A DNA stretch of 64,000 nt from Octopus vulgaris. Lineage: Eukaryota. A program made the translations under genes and the position numbers. The notes below the pieces were generated by a model. The model was not told the origin of the DNA. It did not search any database and saw nothing but the letters and a program-made list of their open reading frames with translations. Positions within the stretch are counted from its first letter, which is position 1. Each line of letters starts with the position of its first letter. Shown in pieces: positions 42,501 through 58,500 of this stretch. Location of the stretch: positions 88,722,001 through 88,786,000 of the forward strand of contig OX597819.1 of assembly GCA_951406725.2 (NCBI GenBank), given 5' to 3'.

Positions 42501-45176
42501 ATACATATGTGTGTGTCTGTGCATACACTTGTATATATATATATATATATATATATAAATCAGAGATGCAGGTTAAGAAATTTACTTCTCACCTACGTGG
42601 TTTCAGGTTCAATCCCACTGTGTGGTACCATGGACAAATGTCTTTTACTATGGCCCCATGCCAATCAAAGCTTTGTGAGTAGATTTGGTAGATGGAAACT
42701 GAAAGAAGCCCATTGATTATGTATATCTGCATATGTATGTACATGTGTGTGAGTGTATATAATTGCATCTCCTTGTCTCGATATTGGGGGAATAATTGTA
42801 AATGATTGGTACTGTCATAGAGTCATGTCATTTATTTCCCATATTCTGTGAGCCCATGTCAGGTCATGAAGAAATATTACCTTCCTTTGAAACAGGTGAG
42901 AATTAGCCAATGGAAAGGACAGCTGATCATAGAAACATCTGCCTCAATAAACTCCATTGGACACATGCAAGCATGTAAAAGTGGACATGATGACAACGAT
43001 GATGATAATAACTCACTGTATGTTATTTGAGATTTGTTGAAGTAGTATTCTATGGTATGATGTGCTTCCTATCACCAACCCTTTCTTGATTCCTCTGATC
43101 TTTCACATGACAAACCTCGGAGTGGCCAGACATATTTTTACAGCAGACATAAACAATGACATCACCTATGTGGTGACATTGAACGCATCAAGGTAGAAAG
43201 GACTCTTTACACTTATGAGATACAAAAGAACCTTTCCAGTGTTGGTGTCATGGTAAAATGCACCCAATATGATTTGTAAAGTCATTGGTGATACAAAGAC
43301 ATCCAAATGTAGAAACCAAACCAGAAATGAAATGTATGAACAAAACATGAACTTTTCACCTGATTAAGAAGAGAGAAACATTGAATATGAACTAATATAT
43401 GACCCAATGAATCCATGCCAGTATGGAAATCAGATGTATATATGATATGATCACACACACACACACACAAATACATATATAAATATACTCTGCAGAGTGG
43501 TTGGTGTTAGGAAGGGCATCTAACTGTAAAAAAACTCTGCAAAAGCAGACACAGTAGCCTGGGGTAGTCTTCTACCAGGCCAGCTCCTGTCAACTATCCT
43601 ACCGATGCATGCATGGAAGACAGACGTTAAACAATGATGACGATGTCATTATTACCATGTATCCAGCTGTTAAAATAAGTTCATTATCTGTTGCAAGAAG
43701 TGACTAAATGGCTTGGTATCAAGAAGGGCATCTAACCATAAAACACTACCTCAAAAATGCCCTGTCCAATCAGTGCTAGCTTGGATAGATGTGGTAGCTA
43801 TAGTAACATGTAAAATCGATGAAGATACATTTACATACACAAGACTTGCTTCTCCGCACCCCAACTCTCTCACCAGACAATTATTTTTGGTCATATTTTA
43901 AATCTCCATTCACCAAGACATCTCTAAGTAATTTATTCAAATGTGGCAGTGTGGTTAAGAAGTTTGCTTCTCAACAAAGTGGTTTGGGATTTAGTCCTAC
44001 AGTGCAGTATCTTGGGCAAGTGTCTTCTACCACAGCCCCAGGCCAACTAAAGCCTTATGAGCGGATTTGGTTGACAAAAATGGAAAGAAGTGCTTATATG
44101 AATGTGTGTGTGTGTATGTATTTATGTGTGTGTAATCTTGTCTAGACATCACATGACAGTAATAAAATAAGCATCATCATCATCATGCAAACAAGGTTGT
44201 TGGTTTCCAAATTTCCAAGACATGTCTGATCCTGGGAAAATATTACCTTGCTAAGAAACAAATGAGGATTGCCATCAGGAAGGGCATACAACCATAGAAA
44301 ATCTATCTCAACAAGTTCCATCAGACCCATATAAGCATGGAAGAGTGGACATTGAGTGATGATGAGTATAGATCAATGTGTGATACCATTGATAACTTAC
44401 TTCCGTAGTGGCATCATTCCAAATCAGTCTTCGAGTTTCTTTATCAATAGTCAGCCCATTAGGCCACTTGAGAGCTTTTGAAATAATTGTGAGCCGGTTA
44501 TTACCATCCATATCTGCTCGCTCTATTCTGGGTCGGTCTCCCCAATCTGTCCAGTAGATGTAGCTGCAGAGATACAATGAAGAATTATTAATTAATATGG
44601 AGTGAGGAGGGGTCTACATATTTGCTATAAAGGGAATCTACTTCTTTGTTGTACATCATATCAAAAGGAACAAACAAAAATTAATTTACAAAACAAACAT
44701 GCCAGTGTATGACAAGCAAATAAATAATAATTCCTTATCGACTGAGAGAAAAGCAGAATATATTATAGTTTCTTTCTAATTGACACATGTTCTATATTTG
44801 TTGTTGTGTATCACCAGACCAGCTCTGACTGAGCAGAGCTATGACCAAAGGTATTCCAACTGTAACCATCCTATCTTCTGTTATGTCGAAATGGATCTTC
44901 TGTTGGTTTCAAAGATGTATTCCAATTGTTTGATTACTTGAACTGTAAGTTCATTGTAAGCATGGTTGAGGGTTTCATTGGTGAGGGCAGGAGTGAAGAA
45001 GTGGCAAGCAGTTTTACAGAGCCATGAACTCTGCCATCATGGGAGTAGTAGGTAGCATAGATAATGGTCATTGATAGGGCTGAGGATAGTTTGAATGTCC
45101 TGTTTCTTTGGCATATCTATAGTGAAGTCTGTGATACTTTCTGAGAGTATGTCGCTTTATCTGTCTAACAGCATTG

Positions 45177-45208
<32 letters not shown>

Positions 45209-48200
45209 ATCATCATCAGGTTACATATATTTTCCATGCTGGCATGAGTAATATGGCTTGACAGGACCTGGTGAGCTGCAAAACTGTGTTGAGTCCCAAT
45301 GTCAACTTTGGAACGATTTCTGCTGCTGGATATCCTTCCTAATGCCAACCACTTTACAGAGTGCACTAAGTACATTTTAAATCCCACTGTCACAAGTAAT
45401 GCTGCCAAATAACTTGCACATGCTAGACAGAAAAAAGCCTCCTTGACTAAGTGGGGGTGGGTAGCATTGAAAGGAGGAGGTGGCTTTATGCCAGAGGCTT
45501 AAAACAAAGAAACAAACAAACAAACACACACCTATACATCTTTAAAAAAAAATTAATATAACAATATACCATGATGGAATTGGTGAATGCTAAACTCAAT
45601 TTCAGATCCAAACACTCACCAAACAAAATACAACTCAAGAATAATTCAAATGCTACTTACCCCTGTTCATAGTGGATAACAATTGCTCTTGGAGAATCTA
45701 GATCCTGCCAAAAAAGCACTTTTCGCATTGTGCCATCAAGATTTGCAACTTCAATCCGGTTGTTTCCATTTTCTGTCCAGTAAATCTTCTTGCCAATATA
45801 ATCAACTGCAAGTCCATCAGTCGTGTCAAGTCCATGAGAAATAACATCTTCAACTTGGGATCCATCTAAATTTGATCTTTGTATTTTATCTACAACTGTG
45901 TCAGACCAATAAATTTTACCTGCAACAAACATTTAGTAAGCTGGTTTTAACATTTGGATTGATTAAGAGCTAGGAATCTATAGGAACAACAGAGGGCAAG
46001 ATTAAATAATAACTTCAAAATAAAATATTAGCCTTAAACAGATAAAGTGTTAGATTTCCAGCACAAAGTTGTTGATTTCATGATCTCTTGCAGGTATTTG
46101 ATAATATCTTTGGGCAGAACATTTTATTACATATGCTTTGGTCTATTCTGGAAAGGTTATAGGGTAACAGGAATGGTAAAGTGTCAGATAAAATATCTTG
46201 TAGCATATAGTTTTGTACTTTTATTCCTGCCTTCCATCAATCAAAAGGCCGATAAAGCACAAATCATGTAGTCAGGTTGACTAAACTAAAAAAACCTTTC
46301 CTACAAAATAAGGGTCTTGTACCAAAGGGGGAAAAACAATATTTTATTGTTATACTGTGCTATCATCGTTTTAATTTCCACTTTTCCAACCCATGCTCTC
46401 TGTCAAACCCATGCTAGCATGGAAAACAGACGTTAAATGATGATGATGATTTTCCATGCTTGCATGACTCAGTTGGAATTTGTTGAGGCAGATTTTCTAC
46501 AGGTCGATGCCTTTCTCATCACCAACCCTTTCCTGTTTCCAACTAAGGTAACGTTTTCATGGAAGACTGGAAACAAAGGACACCATTTCTATGATAGTGA
46601 TGCTTGTTTACAACTATCTTGAGACAAGATGAAGAAATAAAAATTCACCCATACACACACATATATATCTGTGATGGGTTTTTTTCAGTTTCTACCTACC
46701 AAATCAACTCACAAGACTTTGGCCAGCCTAGGACTGTAGTAGAAAGCATTCACCCAAGGTGTCACACAGTGGGACTGAACCCAAAACCATGTGGTCGGGA
46801 AACAAACTTCTAAACCACAATGCCAATCCTACATCTATTTTATTATCCTTCCAAACAAAATTTGCTGGGAACAATCTCATCCTCAGTTAGGAAATCTGTT
46901 ATAATATGAAAGAACTTTACCTCGTATTGGATCTATATCAAGGGCAACTGCATTCTTTAATTGGCCCAAAGGAACAACAACATCAGCAAAATATTTCACA
47001 TCCAAAGAAATCTTTCGAATATCATTTCGTCGGGCAAATACCAAAAAATTTTTCATTTCTGTAAAAAACAATATATATATATATAAGAAAACAATATATG
47101 TGAAAATATATATAAGAATATAATAAACAATACAGATACACACACACAAAACACTATATCAATCAGACTATATTGGATGTGGTTAAACACTGCTAATCAC
47201 AATGCACTTACTTCTTTGCATTGTTGTAGCTTTCAAATGTTGCTACTTCACTGGCTAGGCAAGCAGGCCAATGTTCTCCCTAAATAGGATGCCAGTCTGT
47301 CATAGAGTTATCCATTTACAGCTGAATGGACTAGAGTGATGTGAAATGAAAGCTTTTTGCACAAAAACACAATGCACCACTAGTCTGGGAATTGAAACCA
47401 TGGTCTGGTGATCATGAGTGCCACACCAGGGCACACACCTTCACAGATGTTTATATCTTAAATGGAATAATTTGGATGGTATTTCTAACACACTCATCTG
47501 TTTTATTTTATTCAGTTATCAGATATGGAAAATGAAGCTCATATATCTTTCGGAGAATGGATTAAGATCTTAAATGTTGCAGCAGCACTAGTAATAGTAT
47601 CAGAAATCCAACTTGATGTTTGACCTTCAGTTATTTCATAAGGTCACTTAGCAATGTCAAATACTTAGTCTGGCAAGAATATTCTCTCTCTCTCTCTCTT
47701 TCTGTTGCTGCTCTTGAACCCTTAGTGCAGAAATTTCATCGACTGAAATACATCTTGCTCAAACTGGGATACAAGCAATAGTTTTCTCAATATCTTTAAT
47801 CTCTTGTAGCAAAGGTGTGTGACTTAGTGGTTAGGGTATTTGACTCATGATCGTAAGGATGTGTGCTCGATTCCTGACAGCACATTGAGACCTTGGTTTA
47901 TTTCATGTTGCTCCAGTCCACTCAGCTGCCAAAATTGAGCAGTACCTGTATTTCAAAGGACCAGCCTTATCCCACTAAGCATTTTGCCCAGTGTGCTAAC
48001 GATTCTGCCTGCTGGCCACCTTAATAATAATAATAATAATAATAATAATCTTTTCTACTAAAGGCACAAGGCCTGAAATTTGGGGACTAGTAAAATACAT
48101 CAACCCAGTGCATAACTGGTACTTATTTCATCAACCTCAAATGAATGAAAGGCAAAGTCAACCTCAGCAGAATTTGAACTTGAAATGTAAGGACTGACGA

Positions 48201-51200
48201 AATGCTGTTAAGCATTTTGTCCATCATGCTAATGATTCTGCCAGTTTGCTGCCCTCATAATAATAATAATCTTTTCTACTATAGGCACAAGGCCTGAAAT
48301 TGTAGGGGAGGGGTAAGTCGATTACATTGACCGAGTGCTCAACAGGTACTTGATTTATCGACCCTGAAAGGATGAATGGTAAAGTCAACTTCAGTGGAAT
48401 TTGAACTCAGAAAGGAAAGACAGACAAAACGCTGCTAAGCATCTTGCCTGGCGTGCCAAGGATTCTCCCATCTTGCTGCCTTTATAATGATAATAATAAT
48501 AACTCACCCTTTTCACATGTTACTTCATCATATTTCATTAAGATTCCCGTAGGACATGCGCAAGTATGAGTTCTAGGTCCCGGTGCTAATAAACATAAGT
48601 GACTACAACCACCATTCCGGTTTTTACAAGGAGAATCCACTGTAAAAAAAAGAAAAAGAAAGTGACAAAGCAAAACTGAGACAGGTGGTTAAATAGAATA
48701 ACATAAAATTTTAAAAATATTTTTCTGTTTTTAATAACAAAAAATAAATTTTAATTGTTAACATTTAGCAAGATCACTGGCTAATTGTAACACCCGTGCC
48801 TGTTTCGGCACTGATTTTTATATATATCACTGGCAGGGAGGTGAGTCACTGCTGTCTCTTGTGGTCAAGTGTCCTGCAAGGAAGGTCGAAATCACATGAT
48901 CCAGTGGTCTCAGTATAGAAGGTAGTGGAAATTTATTTCTCCATTAGCGATATAAACAAGCATGCATTTTGCACCAAAAACCTACATGAGAGTTTCTCTC
49001 ATGGTATCTTCCTCAGTAAAGTTTGTTCTAACAAAACATCTATGTTTAAGTGGTGATAAATATTTCAATTTAGATACGAAATTCCTTTGCAAAGCTTTAA
49101 GGCTAAAAATATATATAATTCAATGTTGGGAATAAATTAAGCCTAAAATAAATATTTCATAAAATATGAAGTAAACAACGTTGGATATACAACACATGGG
49201 AAAAGTTACATAGGTTTTATATTTTCCCTCATTCATAAAATGAGGTAAGGATGTGTGATTAAGAAGCTTGCTTTCCAACCATGTGGTCTAAGGTTCAATT
49301 CTACTGTCTAGTGCCTTGGGTAAGTGTCTTTGATTATAGACATGAGCTGATTAAAGGCTTGTGAGCAGATTCGATAAATGGAAACTGTTGGAAGCTTGTC
49401 AGGTAAGTGTGTGTGTGTGTTTTGTGTGTGTATGCATGTGTCTTTGTGTTTGTTTGGCAGCATCACTTGACAACTGTTGTTGGTTTGTTTATGGCTCTGT
49501 AACTTAGTGATTTAGCAAAAGGGTTCAATAGAATAAGCACCAGGCTTAAAAAATATGTACTGGGGTCAATTTGCTTGAATTCTTCAAGGCATGACTGCAG
49601 TCCAATGACTGAAACAAGTAAAAGATAAAAAATAAAAATAACCTGTATAACCTATACCATATGTTGTGTATCCTATGTTGTATATTCTATGCATGTCCCA
49701 TGCTATTTACATTACATTAATAAAACTCTCTTTCAAATGCATATGTAACATTTTCTTGTAATATTTCTTTTTAATCCCATGAGTTACACTTTTATTGCAG
49801 TAAGAAGAATATTTAAATATTCTTTAGTAATCTAATAAACAGATTCACGAAGTCGTTGCCAGTACCGCCTGACTGGCCCCCGTGCCGGTGGCATGTAAAA
49901 AACACCCACTACACTCTCGGAGTGGTTGGCGTTAGAAACTCTGCCAAATCAAGATATTGCTCAATATTACAAGCAAGTATAAATCAAAATAAACATACTT
50001 TTATACACACATATATTAACTCACACACTCTTATATATTTATACTCAATATACAAGCAAGTATAAATCAAAATAAACATACTTTTATACACACATATATT
50101 AACTCACACACTCTTATATATTTATACTCACATACATGCATGCTCACGCACATACACATACATGCATGCTCACGTACATACACATACTCATGCGCATGCA
50201 CACACACTCATATGCATGCACATACAACCATTTGAGTTCTCTATTTGTATGAAACTCATAAGAAGTATTGTTATCCCCATTACTATCCAAGGCATAGCTA
50301 CATGATCCAACGTGTCCTACTTTTAATTTTTTACAGCTAGTAAGATGTGATATGAAGGAAATTTGGCTGTTATTTCTAAGATGAAAAACTGCTTAAGGGC
50401 TTCATTGGTGGTTTAATAGAGAAGGAGGCCATTACTGGGAGGCAGCTCACCAGCATGGAAAGGAGACAATAAATGATGATGAACATGATGGTGATGGTGG
50501 CAGTGCTGCTGTTGAGTGAGCGAACGGTTTTCGTCCCAGAGCTCGCAAGATGGGAGAAGTCCGAAATGTGGTCCTTTGCTATTCGTAAGACCTGCAGAAG
50601 AGAAAGCAGGTCAACCCCCGACACCGAGAGCATTGATGGATGGATGAATGCGCATCCAGGCTCAGTGGTTGCGTAGGAAGTTGGGGACAAGAAACAGGAA
50701 GAAAGAGTGAGAGAAAGTTGGTGCAAAAGAGTACAACAGGGGTCGCCACCCCCCCACTGGAGCCTTGTGGAGCTTTAGGTGCTTTTCACTCAATAAACAC
50801 ACACAATGCCCGGTCTGGAAATTGAAACCACGATCCTCCGACCGCGAGTCCGCTGCCCTAACCATTGGGCCATTGCGCCTCACTGCTGCTGCTGATAAAG
50901 ATGGTGTGGTATTGTCATTGCTGTTTAACCTCTGTTCAGACCTGACTGAGTGTACCTCATGATAATCAAAACCATCCCAGGAATAACCATCTCTATTTTA
51001 TCCAGAACTTCATTGCCTAATGTGTCCTTTCTTACTGAAAAATGTTGGAATGTGATTCAAAGATCTGCAAGTTCAGTGACCACATATTTTTGTCACTGGG
51101 TTATTAGTGGAGAAGAGTGAGTATAGATTCTTGAAAGTATCCTGTTAACTTCAATGAGCATTGATGGATGCAAATTAATGAGAGGAAGAGAGAAAGAGAC

Positions 51201-51408
51201 AGTGGCTACTACATCAACATTGACTTGTTTCAGTCATTTGACTGTGGCCATGCTGGAGCACCGCCTTTAGTCGAGCAAATCGACCCCAGGACTTATTCTT
51301 TGGAAGCCTAGTACTTATTCTATTGGTCTCTTTTGCTGAACTGCTAAGTTACAGGGACGTAAACACACCAGCATCAGTTGTCAAACAATGTTGGGGGGAC
51401 AAACACAG

Positions 51409-51439
<31 letters not shown>

Positions 51440-53556
51440 CGATGGGCTTCTTTCAGTTTCCATCTACCAAATCCACTCACAAGGCTTTGGTTGGCCCGAG
51501 GCTATAGTAGAAGATATTTGCCCAAGGTGCCACGCAGTGGGACTGAACCTGGAACCATGTGGTTGGTAAGCAAGCTACTTACCACACAGCCACTCCTACG
51601 CCTATGCATATTTATTTTCATTTCATGTGGATGGATGCTGATAACCCCATAAAGGAGTGCCATTCACTCAAAGTGAATGGAACTTGTAGAAGAGGGAGAC
51701 TCAGGAAAGCGTGGGATGAAGTAATGAAGGACAACTTCAGAATACTGAACCATTCAGACAAGATGACAAAGGAACGAGATACCTGGCACCTTGCTGTATT
51801 CAAGAAGGCCAGTCCTCCACAGCAGAAGTAGCAAGGTCGTTTCTCTTGGTGAAGAGGGTTGACTTACAAGAATCCTGTGCCAGTGCCACATAAAATACAG
51901 TAGTGCTGGTGCCTTGAAAAAAAGCACTCATGATGGCACCATGTAAAAGCACTCGTGCTGGTAGTACATTTAAAAGTATCCAGTACACACTGTAAAGTGG
52001 TTGGCATTAGGAAGAGCCTCCAGCTATAGAAATCAAACCAAATCAGACCGGAACATGGCATAGCTTCTCAGCTCTGGTCAAACTATCCAACCCATGCGAG
52101 AATGGAAAACGGATGGTAAAGGATAATGACGATGATGATTACATTAAACCGATTATGATGATGATGATTACATTAAACCAATGATGATGATTATGATGAC
52201 CTACCATTAAAAGAAAACCCACACTACATACATACGACTAACCTCACACACTCACTCCCTTATGTTATACATACGCTGTGGTCTTCCTCTATGGAATATC
52301 GTAACATCCATAACACTTTCCAGTCCTTTCTTTAGTGTTTGGTGGTTGGAGCCGTTGTATTTGCTAGCCATCTGAACACTCTTTGTATCCCAGTCAGTCC
52401 AAAAAATAAATTCACCATATACAACCAAACCAAAAGGATGCGGTAATCCAACACCAATGATGACCTGCAAAAATAGGAATTTTTAGAACATCATCATTAT
52501 TAATTATTATTATTATTATTATCATTATTATTATTATTATTATCATCATTATTATTATGTTGGGGGTGATGGCTCCATTATTCAAGAAATCTTTATTATT
52601 TTGAACTCAATAAGTGTCTACATTTCTAAAGCTTCTTTTTTTTAAATACATTTATTTTTTCCGGCAATACATACACATTCATTACACTGTGTAACATGAT
52701 TTTTGTCCTTGGGTAGCAACTGTTATTTTCTATTTGCTTATCCTTAGAAAGTATGAAAACATTTCCTTCAAACTTTGCTTTTGTTACATTTACTTAAACC
52801 CCAAAGAATCCCTCTCAACACATCGCTATGATGCTCCTCAACTAATCCTGCTCCTGATCAGAAACGCCCATTTTGTCAGCCACTAAGGGACATGCTCAAG
52901 TGGTTAAGGTCAAGTAAATGACAAGCAAATCTGTAGTATTCAACAGAATACCTATTATAATGATATTTCTGCTTCAGCAATTCAGTACTGAATCTGTCTG
53001 AAATGTAATGGAAAATAAGTCAGTTTCAAATCATTGATGACCAGGTCACAATAGCAAAGGTTGAAGGGAATAGTCATAATTTCCTTCGATTTCTAGATAA
53101 AAACAAATAGGAAATAACACTGACTGACCAAAAACAAAAAAAAATTCTTAATTTTATTACACAATGTTGTGTGCATGTTGTGCATGCGTGCGTACCATAC
53201 TTAATGTAAGTATGTTGAGAAAAAGCGAATTCACTGCAGTCCAAAGATACTATCTCTCATTGATGTGCTATGTTTAAAATTACAAATATCAGGAGCAAAT
53301 GAAAACCATTCAGTTCTGGCCACTGCTAGCCAATGTATATAGTGTTTTTAAACAGAACAAATCAATTAGAGATAGCATCTCTGGATGAATACAGCAATAA
53401 ACTTTTGCTTTTTCATGATGTATTTACATAAAGTATGATACACAGATAGCTGTTTTGATTTAATACTGCTTTTGTTGTATATAATCGATTCATGAGTTTC
53501 AACTTTTCAGTCTTCAGACAGGTGTATCAATAAAGATATACAAAGGAGAAAGAAAC

Positions 53557-53587
<31 letters not shown>

Positions 53588-55539
53588 CAGAGGACAAAGA
53601 CAGAGAGACAGACTGAGCAGGGTTGAGATGGATAAAGATATAGTAAAATTAGAGATTATATGAAAATTAGTGATGTTAATGTTATAAATACCTTTCTATA
53701 AAGACCATCTAAGGTAGCTGACTCAATTGTTTGTGTACCAGCATCTGTCCAGTATAATCGGTTAGTCTTCACATCAACAGACAGGCCATTCGGGAGGGTC
53801 AAGTTGCTACTGACCAACACTGTTCGTCCATTACCATCCATTCCAGCACGTTCGATCTTTGGTTCTCGTCCCCAGTTAGTCCAAAATAAATATCTTGAAT
53901 GAAAAAGAAAGAGAAAAAGTAGTGAAAATAAAGTGAATGATTTGACAGAACAACAGCAACAATAGTGGTCTACAAGTGCAACAGAGTGCTAGTGTATTTA
54001 GAGAAAAGTTAGATATAAAAGGATTTGTGTGCAGTGTGCAAGAGAGGAGACTGCACTGGTTTGGTTACAAGATGTGGATGGATGAGGAGAGTTGCTTAAA
54101 GAAGTGCCAATCACTTAATGGAAGGAAGTTGTGGAAGAGGAAGACCCAGGAAGACATGGAACAACATACTGAAGGCTGATTTCAAAATGCTGAACCTTAC
54201 GAAGGAGATTACAGAGGAATGAGATATGTAGTGCACTGCTGTCCTGAAGAAGACCTGCCCACCACGATAGAATTGATATCCCAAAACCAAATTGCCATAT
54301 AAAAGCATTGGTCTTAGTGTTGGTGCCATGTAGAAAAACACTGGTGTTGGTGTCACGTAAAAAGCATTGGTGATGATGCCATATAAAAAGCACTACTGAT
54401 GCTGCCATGTGAAAAGCACTGGTGATGGTGCCATGTAAAAAGCACCATTGATGATGCCAAGTGAAAAGCACTGGTGCCATATAAAAAGCACTGGAGATGG
54501 TGCCACATAAAAAGCACTGGATGTTATAATGATGATAATGGATGAGAGGATTTGCAAAAGATGATCCTAAATGAAAGAATGAATATAAAAACTAGTAATT
54601 TGTTTTGTAGATCCTACAAAATTCTTTCTTACCGTGCATATGGTTCCACAACGATATCTCTTGGTTTATCAAGTTTCTCCCAGATTAGAACCTTCCTATA
54701 CATGCCATCTGAATTTGCTACTTCAATAATATTGGTCCCTTGGTCAGTCCAGTATAATTTATTTCCTACCCAGTCAATAGCTAAACCGGCAGGACTGTCG
54801 AGACTGGAGCCAATAATAATCTGAAAATAATAATAATAATAATGATCTTTCTCCTATAGGTACAAGGCCTGAATTTTGGGGGAGGGGGATAAACGATTAC
54901 ATTGACCCCAAGTGCTCAATTCGTAGTTATTTCATCAACCCCGAAAAGATGAACAGTGAAGTCAACTGCAGCAGTATTTGAATCCAGAACATAAAGACAG
55001 ATGAAATGCAGCTAAGAATTTAGTTCAGTATGCTAATGATTCTGCCAGCTCACCAACTTAATAAGAATAATAATGATGATAACAATAATAATAATAATAA
55101 TAATAATAACCCTTTCTACTATAGGTACAAAACCTGAAATTTGGGGGGAGGGGGTCAGTTGATTACACTGACCTCAGTGGGCAACTGGTACTTAATTTAT
55201 CGACCCCTGAATGGATAAGAGGCAAAGTCAACCTCAGCGGAATTTGAACTCAGAACTTAGTGGCAGATGAAATATCGCTACGTATGCTAACAATTCTGCC
55301 AACTTGCTGCCTTAATAATAATAATCCTCTCTGCTATAGGCAAAAGGCCTGGAATTTGTGGAGAGGGGGACTAGTTGATTAAATCAACCCCAGTACTTGA
55401 CTGGTACTCAAATTTATCAATCCCAAAAGGGTGAAAGGCAAAGTTGATCTTGGCAGAATTTAAACTCAGAATGTAGTGGCAGATGAAATATTGTTGAGCA
55501 TTTCGTCTGGTGTGCTTACGATTCTGCCAGCTCACTGCC

Positions 55540-55575
<36 letters not shown>

Positions 55576-58500
55576 TGTTATACCTCTGATTGAGATCCAT
55601 CCCATTGAGCACGGCCAATTGTGTCAGTACTGACATCAGTCCAGAAGACTGAGTTGGCATTTGAATCCCATTCAACAGCAACTACATTCTGTAGGTTACC
55701 AACAGGGATTACCATATCAACCATCTCAGCTGTGTCAAATGAGATCCGGCGGATATCAGATTTTGTTGAAAATAGCAAAAAATTGTCGATTCCTGAAAAA
55801 AAAAAAAGGAAGAGAAATGATTTAAGTTTTTTGTGAACAACATATTTATCACAAATACAAAACATGAAAAATAAATTATAAGAATCAATCACTGTATGTT
55901 CTCTAATCCATAAACAGATAGTCTTGTTGATTCAGAGAGAGAGAGAGAAAGAGAGAGGGAGATGGAAAAGGAGAAACAGTTTTTGCAACATTCAATACCT
56001 TGCCTTAGAACATTAACTCTTTTCTCTTTTACTGCGAAAATCAAAATTTCATTACCCTCAATTGCGAAAAGCAGTTTTACATACCAATATCTAACTTTTG
56101 TAGAGGAATGTCATGTTTGAAACTATTTTCTCTTGTGATATGTCAAGTTTACTGAGGAAATGAGAAGTACAGAAGATACCGATTCTATTTTTGGTAGATA
56201 TTTAACATCATTACGGTAATGATGAGGCACAGGAGTGGCTGTGTGGTAAGTAGCTTGCTTACCAACCACATGGTTCCAGGTTCAGTCTCACTGCGTGGCA
56301 CCTTGGGCAAGTGTCTTCTACTATAGCCTTGGGCCGACCAAAGCCTTGTGAGTGGATTTAGTAGACGGAAACTGAAAGAAGCCTGTCGTATATATATATA
56401 TATATATGTATAAATGTTTGTGTGTGTGTATCCCCCCAACATCGCTTGACAACCAAAGCTGGTGTGTTTACATCCCCATAACTTAGCGGTTCGGCAAAAG
56501 AGACCAATAGAATAAGTACTAGGCTTCCAAAGAATAAGTCTTGGTCGATTTTCTCGACTAAAGGCGGTGCTCCAGCATGGCCACAGTCAAATTGACTGAA
56601 ACAAGTAAAAGAGTAATAATTATGAAATTTAAATTCACAGTTAAAGGGCTAATGAAGTGATTTGAACTACAATCTGGAAATACATTAGCAAAGACACTTA
56701 ACTCTCATTATACAAGTCTACCTAAGTGAAAATTATATGCATGTTGGTGGGGGGCATAGTTCCCTGCTAAAAGCAGTATACAGACAGGAAGGCAGCAAGC
56801 TGGCAGAATCGTTAGCACGCCGGGCGAAATGCTTAGCGATATTGTGAGTGCCGTTATGTTCTGAGTTCAAATTCTGCCAAGGTCGACTTTGCCTTCCATC
56901 CTTCTGGGGTCGATTAATAAAGTACCAGTTATGCACTGGGGTCCATGGAATCGACTTAATTCCTTTTTCTGTTCTTGTTTGTCCCCTCTACGTTTAGCCC
57001 CTTGTGGGCAATAAAGAAATAAGAAGCAGTATACAGACATCTTTTAATCTAATGGTTCTATGGACAGGAATCCTCATAAAGACACTGTGGAGTACAAATC
57101 CAGTTAGGTTGTCATTGTTGTTTACCTCCCAGGTATGATGATCATGCCTTTTGTTTTAAATATTTCTTGGACTGTGATATAACTTGTTTGAGCATCCTCT
57201 AATAACCTTTAAGCATCCAAACCAGCCATATATGGCCTAGATATTCAGTGTTTTATGTTCAAACAAGTCAGATGCAGCCTCTCACACCTAGCCTACAATG
57301 TTCTTCTAAAATTAAGCAGTCACATCATGAAAACCTCAAAGCTAGTAGTTAATGCATTGTTAATTCAGAGCAATGTGAATAAATAAGACAGAGTAATCTG
57401 AATGCAAATGATTTAAACCTCTTTACATTGAAGCATCTGCAGACATATGTCATGTGATTATGAAATTATTCTAATATGGTGATATAAGTTGGAATTACTT
57501 GTTTTTGTATCTCAAGATCTCAAACAAACAACAAGCCAGGCCTCTGTAATGTACCAAGTCAACAGTCATTGAAAAAGTTACAAGAAGCAACAAAATAACT
57601 TTGACAAACAAAAACAATCAGATATTTAACCAATGGACTTATTATAAATGAATGGAATTTAACCAGTGTGTGTGTGTGTGTGTTAATTATAATAGCAAAA
57701 TGACCTTCCCTAAACACAACAAAATTACTTGTTGGCTTCCTACAAAATAACCCTATAAATGATTATCTCAAGAAGGTCATTATGAAGGAATTATAGAAAA
57801 GTTAACAATCAGAACAAGTCTTCTTTATTCCTGCATAAGAGCTTGAAGTATGCTCTTCTTGAATCAAATATTAATAGGGTTATTGTGTAGAAAGCCAATA
57901 AATAATTCCAGTTTATATCACCATACTAGAATGACATCATAATCACATAACATATGTCAGCAAATGCTTTGACATAAAGGAGTTTAATAGGGGACACTCA
58001 GCCAAATCATATCAGACTACATAATCCTAAGTGCACTTTCCATTTTCAAGTATGAAGGGTAAAATTTGTGGGAGATTTGGCAGCCATTTCTATTGTACAT
58101 CCACGATGCAAGATTGTGAAAACAAAACATTGCAAAGTTACAAATTTAAAGAAAGAAATTATAAATTTAACTAAAGAATTCAATTGAAGAATTCAAACTC
58201 ACGATCCCGGCAAGTCTTCTCATCCTTGCGAAGACCAAGTCCCGTGGGACAGGTGCATCTGTAACTCTTTTTGTTTGGTAAACACAAATGACTGCATCCT
58301 CCGTTGTTGAGACCACATCTGTTTATTTCTGAAAGATAACAAGATAACACACTGATAAATTGATGTTACTAGTATGAGAAACCTGAAAAATGAAACAGCA
58401 AAACTAGAGATACATACATACATATATGTGTGTGTGTGTGTGTGTGTGTGTAATGTAACTGGCTTTAAAATCTCTGAAAGAGATTCAAATAATAATAGTA

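Noticed and set aside
50810-50883. Possible tRNA gene
   Set aside because: The cloverleaf is imperfect and continues into a SINE body and tail; it is a tRNA-derived SINE head.
54290-54520. CRISPR-like regularly spaced repeats of about 29 bp
   Set aside because: No unique spacers and no cas genes; eukaryotic context. It is a minisatellite in an RTE 3'UTR, also seen at about 24900-25030 and 51880-51980.
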